A DNA stretch of 64,000 nt from Octopus sinensis (lineage: Eukaryota). Of this stretch, positions 37,781-50,019 are shown in pieces. The position numbers and the translations under genes were made by a program. Position 1 is the stretch's first letter. Every line of letters begins with the position of its first letter. Where the stretch lies: NCBI RefSeq assembly GCF_006345805.1, contig NC_043008.1, positions 32,054,001 to 32,118,000 on the forward strand. Reading direction: 5' to 3'. The notes under the pieces were generated by a model, which worked only from the letters and a program-made list of their open reading frames with translations, had not been told where the DNA came from and made no database searches.

Positions 37781-39338
37781 GCAGAGGGAGTCAGAGTAGA
37801 TCTGGGAGTTCTAGTGGCGAAGAGGTGGATCCACACTTCTCAAAACACTGAAACTTCCATACCAAGACCCCACGACCACATGCAGGTGTGTGTGTGTCTG
37901 TGTATGTGTGGTTACAAAGCTTGTTTTGCCATTACATGACACCTTAACCAAGTATCTTCTACTATCCCCTAGTCTAAAACAGTGTCTAGGGTATAGGAGA
38001 AGACATACTACACATAAATACACATACGTGTGTGTATGTCTGTATTTATCCCCCAACACCCCTTGATATCTGGTGTTGGTTTGTTTATGTCCTTGTAGCC
38101 TAGCAGTCTGGCAAAAGAGACCAATTGAATAAGTACTTGGCTTTGAAAAAATATGTACTGGGGTTGATTTGTTCAACTAAATCCCTTCAAGGCAGTGTAA
38201 TATGGCAAATTCACATCAAGGCCCTTACAAACATCTCTCTTGTGCTGTTCATGCTTGATGCAATCTGATTCAAATTCCTTTCTCCCACCATGCACTGTTT
38301 TCTTCCACAAACAATGCTCTCAAGATTTTGACCTTCTGCATATGTACATATACATACATACACATGTACATAAAATTAAAGTAAACAATGCAATGATCTA
38401 ACATCATCATAGTTTTGTTTTTTTGTTTGTTACATTTACATAAGGCTTCTCCCCTTCTTTGAAAAGTTTGTAACTATTCTGTTCACAGATTTAATTTTAC
38501 AAAATTATTCTTTATAAATATAAACACACACACACACACATCCATTCATCTGCTCATATATGTGCATGCATTGAATAGTAATTGAGTGTTTACAATAAAA
38601 ATCTGAAGCTGTGAATAAATTTAAATCTAGTTGACTCTAAAATTTGTTGGAACACTTGAACATCATTCATCATCATTGTCATCACATTCACTTTTCTTTG
38701 TTTGCGTGTGTGTCATGAAGTTTATTGAGGCAGATTTTTTATGACTGGTTTTCCTCCCTCCCATCAGCCTTCATCTGTCTATTTCTAAGCAAGGTAATAT
38801 TTCCCTTTGGCCGGACATGTTTTTGCAGAATATTGGAATTGAATGACAGCTTGTATGACATTTACAATCACCATATGGTGTCAAGACAAGGACACACACA
38901 CACATATACACAATGAGCTTCTTTCGGTTTCCCTCTACTAAATCCGCTCACAAGGCTTTGTTTATCCTAGGGCTATAGATAAAAACACCAAAGGCGGTGA
39001 GCTGGCAGAAACGTTAGCACACTGGGTGAAATGCTTAGCAGTATATCGTCTACCATTATGTTCTGTGTTCAAATTCTGCCGAGGTCGACTTTGCCTTTCA
39101 TCCTTTCTGGGTCGATAAATTAAGTACCAGTTACACACTGGGGTTGATGTAATCGATTTAATCCCTTTATCTGTCCTTGTTTGTCCACTCTATGTTTATC
39201 CCCATGTGAGCAATAAAAAAAAACACCAAAGATGTCATGAAACAGCAATGAACTTAAAAGCATGTGGTTAGGAAGCAAACTTCTTAACCACACATTTATA
39301 CCCGTGCCTATCTAAATGGAAATGCTGTTTTAATATCT

Positions 39339-39698
39339 TCTTTGTATATAAAAGTCAAGTTGTGTGTCTGTCTCCTACAATTTAGATTCCTAACTACTCC
39401 CACATTTTGCGGTGCAGTTTAACCAAAACCGGGTATCTTATAGTCGTGATTCATATCGAGCCCTTCTGGGTATTAGCACGCGTCTATGATGAGTCTACGG
39501 TTTTAAAAAAAATTTACCATCATTTTTTTCCATTTTAATGCATTTTTTCCACTATTATATAAGGGAAGTAACTCTCTAAAAATGTCTACGATGAGTCAAC
39601 AATTTAAAAAAAAATTTACCGTCATTTTTTTTCCATTTTTAATGCATTTTTTAGTTATTTCCCTTACAAACCCGAGCAACGCCAGACGATACTGCTAG
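39339..39698 (+). mobile_element. non-autonomous Helitron
   Basis: 5' TC-tttgtatataaaag; 3' cccgagcaacgccagacgatactgCTAG|T. The same 3' motif occurs inverted at 62786-62815. There is an internal duplication of about 70-100 bp. Confidence 0.7.
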
Positions 39699-40540
39699 TT
39701 AAATATAAATCAAGAATATTTATTCAATTTTAACCCTGTAAAACTGTATGGTTAAGATGTTTGCTTCCCAGCCGTGTGTTTTCAGGTTCAGTTCCACTGC
39801 AAGTGTCTTCTATTATATTGGGATAACCAAAGTTTTGCAAGAAGAACCTAAAAACTGAAAGAGTCCTGTCCTATATTTGTATATATGTGGGTATGTGTGT
39901 GTTTAATCCATGCTAGCATGGAAAAGCAGGCATAAAATTAACAAATGGGTTAACACAAGCACACATGCATATAGGGATGTCGGCATGGCTGTGTGGTTAA
40001 GCACTTTACATCATAATGATGTCATTGTAGGTTCACTTTGACCATGTACTTTGATCAAATGTCTTTTACTTTGCCTCAGCTAAATTAATGCTTTGTCAGT
40101 GAATCTCACTGATTGTCTCCACAGATCATCACGCTGCTACAGCTTGGCTGTGGTGATGTATTTCTGTCCCTGCATAAACCAAAAGTTTGACAGCATGACA
40201 TTTGTTTTTGTCTTTTATTTATTTGAAACATTGGACTGCAGCCATGCTGGGGCACCACCTTGATGGTTTTGGTTTTTATTTTTAGTTGAACAAATTCACC
40301 CCACTGCTTTTTTATTCATTTTTAAAATTTTTTGTAAACCAGATACTTTTATGAGTATGGATGGTTACACACACACACACACATTTTAATATTTTTGTAA
40401 ACCGGATACTTTTATAAGGATGAATGGTTACACACACACAAACACACACACTTAGGAGTGGAGGTCAAAAATTGTCTGCATTTTTGCTATTATATGTCTT
40501 TATTATTGTCGCTCTGCCTTCTGCGCATACGTGCTTATAG

Positions 40541-41046
40541 TTGGTACTATTGTGGTCACATGATGGAAGTTTGAGCCTGATCAAGCTTTATAGTGTAAGT
40601 ATGGCCACTCCACTAGCAATGTGCACCAAAGAAGAACAAAGTGCAGTGATCCAAGAGATGGTAATGGTGAACTGATTCCTCATTACCATCTCTCAAGCTT
40701 GCTAAATTTTCTTGTCAGTGGTGGAAGTTGATGGGCATCCTGCTCCCTCTCTGCGTCACATTTGTCCAGTCCCTTTTAAACTTTGCAATCCACTTCTACA
40801 CACTTTTCCATGGTAGTGCACTGACCCTGTATTGTGCTAAAAGCCTCTCATGAATTTCAGCACCTGACACACCTTCAAACCAGAAAAACCAGATCACTGC
40901 TCATTGTTCTTCCCTGGTACACATTGCTATTGTTCTTCCCTGGTGCACATTGCTAGTGGAGCGGCTATGCTTATACTGCAAAGCCAGAAAAGTAAAATGG
41001 CGCAATCAAGCTCAAACTTTGATCATGTGACCACAATAGTATCAAT
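40541..41046. mobile_element. fold-back mariner derivative (two 5' ends head-to-head)
   Basis: 40541-40651 is inverted against 40892-41046. The reverse strand encodes a mariner N-terminus (MAAPLAMC..EEQ.AVIWFFWFEGVSGAEIHERLLAQY...W..KFK). Confidence 0.75.
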
Positions 41047-41664
41047 GATATGTATATATATATATGTATATATATAGAACATATAGTACATGTGTGTGTG
41101 TGTGTGTGTGTATATAGCAAGTAATGTTCATAACCACTTCAACATGGCTGTTCCTTTCAAGCAGAATTTACTGTGATTTTTTAACCTCAAGAGGACATCT
41201 CCTCTAGCTGGTTAACAAAGCTGCCTCTAATATATTGTGAGCAGGGGGAACAAACTCCTAGCACCTTAGCAACAGAACCAGCATACCAGTCTGGTTTGGG
41301 GCTATTTCTGCCTCTCTTCACTACTGGACACTTCATCTGCTAGAGATGGCTGTAGCTCGCCTCTACTCGCAATATATATAAATTCAAGCAACACGCTGTC
41401 GCTGATTTTGCAGCAAGCTAAAAAGCTAGTTCTAAAATCTCTCGAAGAGATGATTGCAGTAGCTGTTCTAGCAAGTAATGTTTGTAGCCACTTCAACATG
41501 GCTGTTCCGTTTGAGCGGAATTTACTACGATTTTTTTAACACCAAGGGGATATTTCCAGTAGCTGGTTAACGATACACAGTTGCATCCGATATATTGTGA
41601 ACAGGGGAACAAATCCCTACCACCTTCTAGCAACGGGACCAGAATATATATACATTATATATGT

Positions 41665-41706
<42 letters not shown>

Positions 41707-43381
41707 TTATATGTTAGTATGTGTGTGTTTGTTTATACATTATGTGGGCAATGTTTTCAACCAAGATATTACAACATTTACATATCACCATCTTCAGAGC
41801 AGAGCCTTTGAGTGCTGTTCACCTGCTTTAGCATCTGTGATTGTTCCCCCACTTCCACTCTGTTGTTTTACTCTTCTTTCCATAACACACACACATACTT
41901 CATATAAATGAGAGCATATGTTTGTTTGTATATCATAGAAAAGCTCTGAACCGGTGTGTCCTCAAGAAAAACAGATTTGATTTTCAAAATCTGCATCTCA
42001 AAGGCAAGCTTTTCAGTAAATAGTAATCAAAAAATATAATTTAATATAAGAAATAATATAATTTTCAGATTGCCAAATCTATTTCTCTCAATATGTCCTA
42101 TCTGTTTTTTACACTTTCCTCCACTCTCTATACATTTACCATACTCTTTCTCTATATTTACCATACTCTCTCTCCCTCTCTGCATATGTATGTTTCTCAT
42201 GCAGGCTACAGTCCCCTCTCTCTCTCTCTTGATAAGACATGAATTGCTTTCATTTTATTTAAAACTTCGATGCCATAATGTTTTCAGCTTCATTTTACGA
42301 CAGACAGCTATCACTGTCAAACTTTAAACTTCTGCAACATTTAAAAATAAATTTTCTGAAATAAAGGATGCATAAGATGCATCAATTACATGCACAAGAG
42401 CCTCCAGTGTACTGACTCAGGAGATGACGTCCCATTTCAGTGTACCAAATTTGAAAACTTTCGCTTAATTTTAAAATTTTGAAATGTGACAGCATCAGAA
42501 AAGATCCTCTCATCTGTTATGCTTTTCTCATCATAAACTCTCCCTCTCTTTATATATATATATCTGCAACACACTCTCTCTTTCTCTGTATAAGTATATC
42601 ATTCACGCTGAGTGTTTGTGTGTTGGGTGACAGTTGAAAGACCCTCACAAAGCATCAGTGGGAAGCTCAGGAGACACCCAAACAGAAAACAAATAGATTT
42701 GATGATATATGAACATGAGCTTCCATCTCAGGAGACACCCGAACATAAGATGCATCAATTATATGCACAAGAGCCTCCGTTGGGTTGACTCGGGAGATGA
42801 TGTCCCATTTCTATTTAAATGAGCTCAGTTTCCAATGAGTCTTAATTTTGCCATGACCATCAACATTTTTGGTTGCCAGTTTACACCTTGAAGAGCCTTA
42901 CTTCACCCATGATCAGCTTTATGCAGGATGCTCAATCTGCTCACTTAACCTGCCCAATTCTCTGTACAATTCTGCTTACATTCACTTCCCTATACCTTGA
43001 AGGTATGCCCTGGCACATCTTCACTACCATCTTTTCTCTGTCCATCTGTCTCTAACTGGGACAAGGTGTGTATATCCTCCTCAGTAAGACAGCTGTTTCT
43101 ATCCTATCATCGTTTAGCCTCTCAAATGGTACAAAGCCACCTTCCTCAATACCACTCCCCATCTCAGCTAAGAATCTTTGTCTTGGAAGTTGGTTGGTGA
43201 CCTCACTGCTGCAAGTGCTTAGTCAGAAAGCACCCAGTACACTCAGTAATGTGTTGTTGGCATTAGGAAGGGCATTCAGTTGTAGATATTAAACCAAAGC
43301 AGACTAGATCTTAGTCCTCTACCTTGTCAGCTCCTGTCGCACCATCCAACACATGCAAACATGGAATGATGATGATTATGA

Positions 43382-43387
43382 AATATA

Positions 43388-43439
<52 letters not shown>

Positions 43440-43442
43440 TAT

Positions 43443-43480
<38 letters not shown>
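43382..43480. repeat. (TA)n microsatellite (other long runs at 10530-10572, 13425-13482, 21060-21172, 46848-46873, 49812-49840)
   Basis: Direct inspection of the sequence. Confidence 0.95.
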
Positions 43481-43484
<4 letters not shown>

Positions 43485-43810
43485 AGTGTGAGTGTGTAAA
43501 AATGTATACATATATTAAATTTATGCATTCAGTTTTATGTTTGTTTTCCCTTGCTTGTATAGATTAGATGAACCCATATTATTGGAGGTATTCATTGTTT
43601 TGCAGCCAGATGTCTTTCCTCTCACTAACACTTTTACACTTTTTTTTTCCATTTAACAAGTGAGACAGGTTTCATTCCACCCACCTTTAAAAGTGGAGAG
43701 CTGCTGAACAGACAGGGACATGTCAACTGACATCACTGTCTGGAGCTCAGCAATTTTTAATGTGAAGCTCAGAATGCAAACATTCTCTCTCTTTCTCTCT
43801 CTCTCTCTCA

Positions 43811-43842
<32 letters not shown>

Positions 43843-44606
43843 GTGGGTTTTGTACTGTTTTCAACTATCACATTCGCAAGGCATTGGTAAACAAGGAATA
43901 CATTACATAGAAGACACATGCCCTGTTTCTCACACACTTATTCTTCCTAGCTTCGCTGTGTCTTTAGGAAAAAAAGCTATCTCTGACTTAACTCTTGTTG
44001 TACATGAGGATAATATCTCTGAATTGATTCATTTCTAAACTGTTATGTTTTCCTCCACCGATAAATGTACAATATTGTATGTCTACTAATGATTCTTTGT
44101 CACTACTTTGACAAGTATAGGTCCACTATTCTTTGCTGATGATGTCAGAATAGAACAGAAACCTGTTTAGATTTGTCTCTTGTATTTGCTAGTAAATGGA
44201 TAAAAAAATGATATTAGTCATTGACTAATATTGATTTGTTTCTTCTTCAATGCATAATCTCTTTCTGATTAACTTTTTAATGAACTATACATGGTGTTTA
44301 GGCTAAATTTGATGATTTCTTTTTTCTTTTTGTCTCCTTTTTTCAGAAACAGCTTGATGTAGTGGTGAATAGTCAATAGAGTAAAAGAGCATAAAGATTT
44401 TCAAAAATATTTTTATCTTTGAATGGAATATTGTGTTTCCTTTTTTTTTAATGCAAACTGTTAAATTTAGCCTGAACACCCTGTATATGTTAGTACTAAC
44501 TTAACAATTTTTGCGTGAACATGTGATTTCAGCTCAAGTCCCTTGTCATTACATTTTCCTTATTCCAAGTATTTGTCTCTGGTCATACAAGAAAATAAAA
44601 TTATAA

Positions 44607-45873
44607 CCATTTCGTTACTAACCCGGCTGTAGCCGGCCCAAAAACTTTTTGGTTCATAAGACCAACCCAGCCAAGAGTACCCATTGTAATTTAAATGTGA
44701 ATTTAAGCACAAATCTCGTTAGTACATTTGTGAAAATACATGATTTCACTTTGTAAATAGTTGAATTATAGTATCTGACATTGCTTGATGTGATATATGA
44801 ACTCAGTGAATTTTGGGAGAATTTTTTCCACATTTTTTTGGCGTCGATTTTTTTTCAACTTTTGAAAATAGACAGGAGTTTCATGCTATCAAGCAGTGAT
44901 TCCGAATTTAAAGGTTTTTCAATGGAAAATATGGAGATGTCGAGAAAAAGAATGAATGAGGTACAAAAGCATGTGGTGTATAAGAATGAATAGGATATTT
45001 CTGTATCTGAAACCGAAAGCAGCAATTCTGAAGAAACTGAAAGCAGCGATAGCGACAGCAAAGACGATTTTACATCAGAATGAAGTAAAAACTTTTAAAA
45101 TGTTTTTATTAGCAATTTTTCTGAGGAGATGGGGTCTATCCATAATCTTTCTTAGGAAGCGAAACCGTTAGACTTTTTTTTTTTTTTTCAGTATGCTTGT
45201 TTGAAGCGATCACTGTGGAAACAAACTATTACACAGAATGTAAACAAACAGTATATGCCAGGAAAGCCCATAAAATGGGGGATCAAAGTTTGGAAAATTT
45301 GTGAAGCAAATACTGGGTACTGCTGTGGATTTAGTTTTTATACAGAGAATATAATGTTAGTCGGCATGGCCTAGGGTACAATGTGGCCTGGAATTTATCA
45401 CTTCCATACCATAACCAGGACCGTATATTATGTTTTGACCGATTTTTTTTAGTTCAGTCAAACTTGCGGTGGAATTAGGTGGATTCCAGTATTTCAGTTT
45501 ATTTCACGTTAATTCAACTGATAATCTAATGATGTGCACAATTTTTCCATATCAAAATTTTGTTGCATACCCAATTGAATATTAGCTGATAATTCATTTT
45601 GTATGGTGATGTTTAAACAAAATTTTAATATTTTTACCTATTGCTCAGTTTACCTGGATTTACCTGTACTTAGAGTCACTTTGAGACAAAAGTTATGCAA
45701 TAGAATTGATTAAGAACCCTTTCTTTAATTATGTTCCAAATATCACATTAATATGTTGATAAGTTAAAAAGTTACAGTTGTTTAATGAAACTAGTCTAAA
45801 TTCATGATTATTTTAGAATTTAATTGAAACTCATGAGGGGTGTATTTTGGTCAGAAATATAGTAATGAAAGGG
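44607..45873 (+). mobile_element. piggyBac element, internally deleted
   Basis: TIRs ATAA|CCATTTCGTTACT and AGTAATGAAAGGG|TTAA. There is an acidic N-terminal stretch at about 44935-45085 and KQYMPGKPIKWGIKVWKICEANTGYC..GLGYNV..FDRFF (PGBD-like) at about 45245-45475. Confidence 0.85.
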
Positions 45874-46845
45874 TTAAGTAACTATATGAGTTGCTCTTAC
45901 AAGATTATTATTTCTTGGGCTGTTAAATTCATTACATTGTGTAACAAAATTGTAATTCTTTTTTTTTTTCTCTTTGATCAGTAAGTGTTATTTTCCTATT
46001 CGCTTCTATCTAGAAATCAAAGGAAATGACTACACTTCCTTTCAAACTTTGCCTTTGTGACCTGGACATAATGCTTTAAAACTATGTTTCATTGCATGTC
46101 TGACAGATTCAGTGCTGAGTTGCTCAAGCAGAAATACTATTATAGCAAATATTCTGCTCAATACCACAGATTAGCTCGTCAATTGTTTGACTGTAACCAA
46201 TTGAGCATGTCCCTTTGTGGCTGACAATATGTGCATCTCTGATGGTGAGCAGGAATAGTAGGGGAGCATCATAGTCATGTGTTGAGAGGAATTCTTTGGG
46301 GTTTGAATAAATGTAACAAAAGCAAAGTTTGAAGGAAATATCAGCGATTTTTTTCAAACGTTCTAGGGATAATCAAATGGGAAATAACAGTTACTACGCA
46401 AGGACAAAAATTGGGTTACACATTGTCACCTTTAGACATGAAACATAGTTCTTTAATATTTACTTTTATGTTATGTTTCAACTGGTTTGATCTCTGATCA
46501 TCAGTTTTATTTTTGGATGTATACATAGTAACCTAAAGTGATTATATGTAGTGCTCTTATTCCTGGGTGTGTACATAACCACCCTGGATGTGTCTGGTAT
46601 GTTTGTAGCCCTTGTATGGTGTTTCCCCGAAGATGTGTTTTAATAAAAAATTATTTATAAAAAATAAATTTTAGGTACAGGTATGACTGTGATTAAGAAG
46701 TTTGCTTTGCAACCATGTCATTTTGGGTTCAATTCCACTGTACTGTACCTTGGATAACTGTCTTCTATCGGTTTTCCAGGTTTACCGATGCCTTGTAAGA
46801 GAATTCAGTTGACAGAAACTATATTAAGCCTATTACGTGTGTGTG

Positions 46846-46873
<28 letters not shown>

Positions 46874-46879
<6 letters not shown>

Positions 46880-48128
46880 CATCCCTAAAATAATGTGATT
46901 TTTTTAGTTCCATGAACTAAAAGTTGGAGGGGGACGGAATAAACTACCTGCATCAACTTGCTATAAAAGCAGGTAGTAATTTTACCTTGTACTTATTCTT
47001 AGTGCAAGTTTTGAAGAGTGCAGTTCAATTTTAACAGTTATTTTTTCAAAGCTATAATGGAAGTGACAAAGGAGCATATTCAGTCTATTTTGCCTTACGA
47101 GTTCAATAAAGGCAACAACATAGTGGAAATTGCAAAGAATATTAATGCAGCATATGGGGATCGGACAATAAGCCAGTGTCAATGGTGGTTCCAGAAATTC
47201 TGAGCCGGAAACTACAGCCTAGAAGTTGAGCCTCATTCTGGAAGATCTGTAGAGCTTTATGAGGACATCCTGCAAACCCTGGTGGAACAAAATCCCATTG
47301 TAACTGTTGAGGAACTGGCAGAGAAGTTTGGATTTGGTCATCGACACCTGCGTGCCATCGGAAAAGTCAGCAATTTGGGTCAATGAGTTCCTCACAAACT
47401 TTCCAAGTCTAATTACGTGCAGAGAGTTAATGCGTGCTCTTCATTGCTGTCACGTCTTACAAATGAACCTTCTTTGGACCAAATAATGACTGGTGATGAG
47501 AAATGGGTTCTCTATAAAAATGCCAAGCGCTGAAGACAGTGGGTAGGGAAAGGAGAAACACTGGCACCCCAGATTAAAGAAGGCCTTTACTCATGTAAGG
47601 TGTTGTTATCTGTTTGGTGGGATATGAAAGGTTTAATACACTTGGAACATTTAAACTTAAACCAAGTGATAACAAAGGAGATCTACTGTGAGCAGCTTAA
47701 GTCAACGCTAGAAGAAAAGCAACCATCTTTGGTTTCAAGACAAAAGGTGTTCTTCCATCGGGATAATGCTCATCCACATACAGTGAGGATGACGTTCCAA
47801 AGGCTGGACCACTTTGAATGGGAAACGATGCCCCACCCACTATATTGACTGGACATTGCCCTATCAGATTATCATTCTACAGTCTTCAAAATCATTTGGA
47901 AGGAAAAAATATGAATTCTGTAGATGAGGTGAGAACAGTACTGGAAGAGTATTTTTTGTCACAGACAAGTGAATTTTGGAAGTGGGGCCTTGCAAGTCTA
48001 CCAGATAAATGGAAGAGCATTGTAGAAAATGGAGTGTATATTTTAGATTAAAAATGAACTTTGTTTATCTTAATTTTGAAAAATAAAAGAAGTATAAAAA
48101 AAACTGCATTATTTATAGGATGACCCAA
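46874..48128 (+). mobile_element. mariner (DD34D), full-length but degenerate
   Basis: TA-flanked TIRs ttggatcatccctaaaataatg / cattatttataggatgacccaa. Motifs TGDEKW, HRDNAHPH..Y*LDIALSD with 34 residues between the last two Asp. Stops and frameshifts are present. Confidence 0.93.
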
Positions 48129-48859
48129 TATATTGGCTGACTGGTTCACAGACTCAGCAATGACACCTTTGTCTTGCACCGCTTCAGCTCTACTGGTCAT
48201 TCATTGCAACATCTGTCTGTGTTTGTACTGTCTCTGCACACCTTTGCTGTGAACAGCAATTAATCTCTCTTCATTCCTTTGCGTGCCATATGAGGCTCAA
48301 CTCACTACCTCTCTTCATTTGACATCATCCCCACACACATCTCACATCCAACTGCTCCCCACCCTCTACCTACACACCTGCATACTGCCTACCTCGGTAC
48401 CCTCACTACACACACACCATTATGCAAATACCCATGTACAATGTTCAACTCAATACTTGCTTCACACACCACTACATACACACATATACCCACAAACACC
48501 TTTCCACTCCACACACACTAACACCGAACACTTCTCAACACCCACACCACACACAATCTTCAATAGGGTCACCACACATACCACTATACTAGCAGCCACA
48601 CACACTGTTTAATTCAGTATACACACCATCATACACACTCCCACAATATATATACTCACATCACATACACACATAACATGCAGAGACAAAGATAACTTTT
48701 GCCCACAAACACACACTATACACATGCACACTATTTGGTCACACACACGTGCAAACACCACCTACACAAGCACACATCAATAGCTACACACACACACAAA
48801 CGTTAAACTCACTCGCCCCCATTCACACACATCATTCTTACATACACACACACACACAC

Positions 48860-49320
48860 TTGCACACCTTAGTTCGTTGGGGTCATCATTATCAGGGTAT
48901 TTTGTCTGCCATTACGTTCTGAGTTCAAATTCCGCCAATGTCAACTTTGCCTTTCATCTTTTCGGGGTTGATTAAATAAGTACCAGTTACACACTGGGGT
49001 TGATGTGATTGACTTAATTTCTTTGCCTGTCCTTGTTTATCCCCTCTATGTTTAGCTCCTTGTGGGCAATAAAGAGATAAATTATTATTATTAATATTAT
49101 TGAAGTGGCGATCTGGCAGAATCGTTAACACAATGGGCGAAATGCTTAGCGGTATTTCGTCTGCTGCTATGTTCTGAGTACAAATTCCACTGGGTTGACT
49201 TTGCCTTTCATCCTTTCAGGTTTGATAAATTAAGTACCAGTTGCATACTGGAGTCGATCTAATTGACTGGCTCTCTCCCCAAAAATTTTGGGCCTTGTGC
49301 CTAGAGTAGAAAAGGTTATT
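48860..49320 (+). mobile_element. two tandem SINE copies
   Basis: gttctgagttcaaattccgcc..ctttgcctttcatc..taagtaccagt occurs twice, with (TTA)n tails. Confidence 0.75.
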
Positions 49321-49514
49321 ATTATTATTATCTCCCTTTCATTCAGCCTCTTCTTCTTTCCAGTCATCGCACCATGTTGGACCATTGAACTTTGCACATT
49401 TTTTCCTCTTAATCCTTTCTGTCAAAGAGCATAGGCTCGAAATGTAAAAGACTTTTCCATTTTTAAGTAATATATATATATGATGATGATATATATACAT
49501 GTATGTATATGTAT

Positions 49515-49810
49515 CATCATCAGTCAGTTAATGTTCATTGTTTATACTGGCAAGGGTTGGACGGTTTGACTGGACTTGGCTGCACCAGACTCCAGTCTGA
49601 TTTGGCATGGTTTTCTACAACTGGATGCCCTTCCTAATGCCAACCACTCTGAGAGTGTAATGGATGCTTTTACATGCCACCGGCATGGGTGCCATTTGCA
49701 TGACACCAGTATCAGCTACGACTGCGGTTTTACTCGGCTTGATGGGTCTTCTTCTCAAGCATGACATAATGCCAAAGGTCTTGGTCATTGCCACCTTGAG
49801 GCCCAACGCT
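49515..49810 (-). mobile_element. RTE LINE 3' end including the ORF2 terminus (antisense)
   Basis: The reverse strand encodes LGLKVAMT..LWHYVMLEKKTHQAE*, homologous to 54575-54657, followed by the tail motif. Confidence 0.75.
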
Positions 49811-49812
49811 TG

Positions 49813-49857
<45 letters not shown>

Positions 49858-50019
49858 AAGTGTGTGTGTGTGTATGTATTTATGTATATATATATATATG
49901 TGTGTATGTATTTATGTGTATATATATATATGTATAAGTATATATATGCATTTATGTATGTATTTATACAGGTATATGTATTTATGTATATACACACACA
50001 TATATATACACATTTTCAG

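Noticed and set aside
38990-39085. tRNA-like A/B boxes (also at 10240, 23505, 33745 and elsewhere)
   Set aside because: They have no cloverleaf and continue directly into SINE bodies, so they are SINE heads and not tRNA genes.
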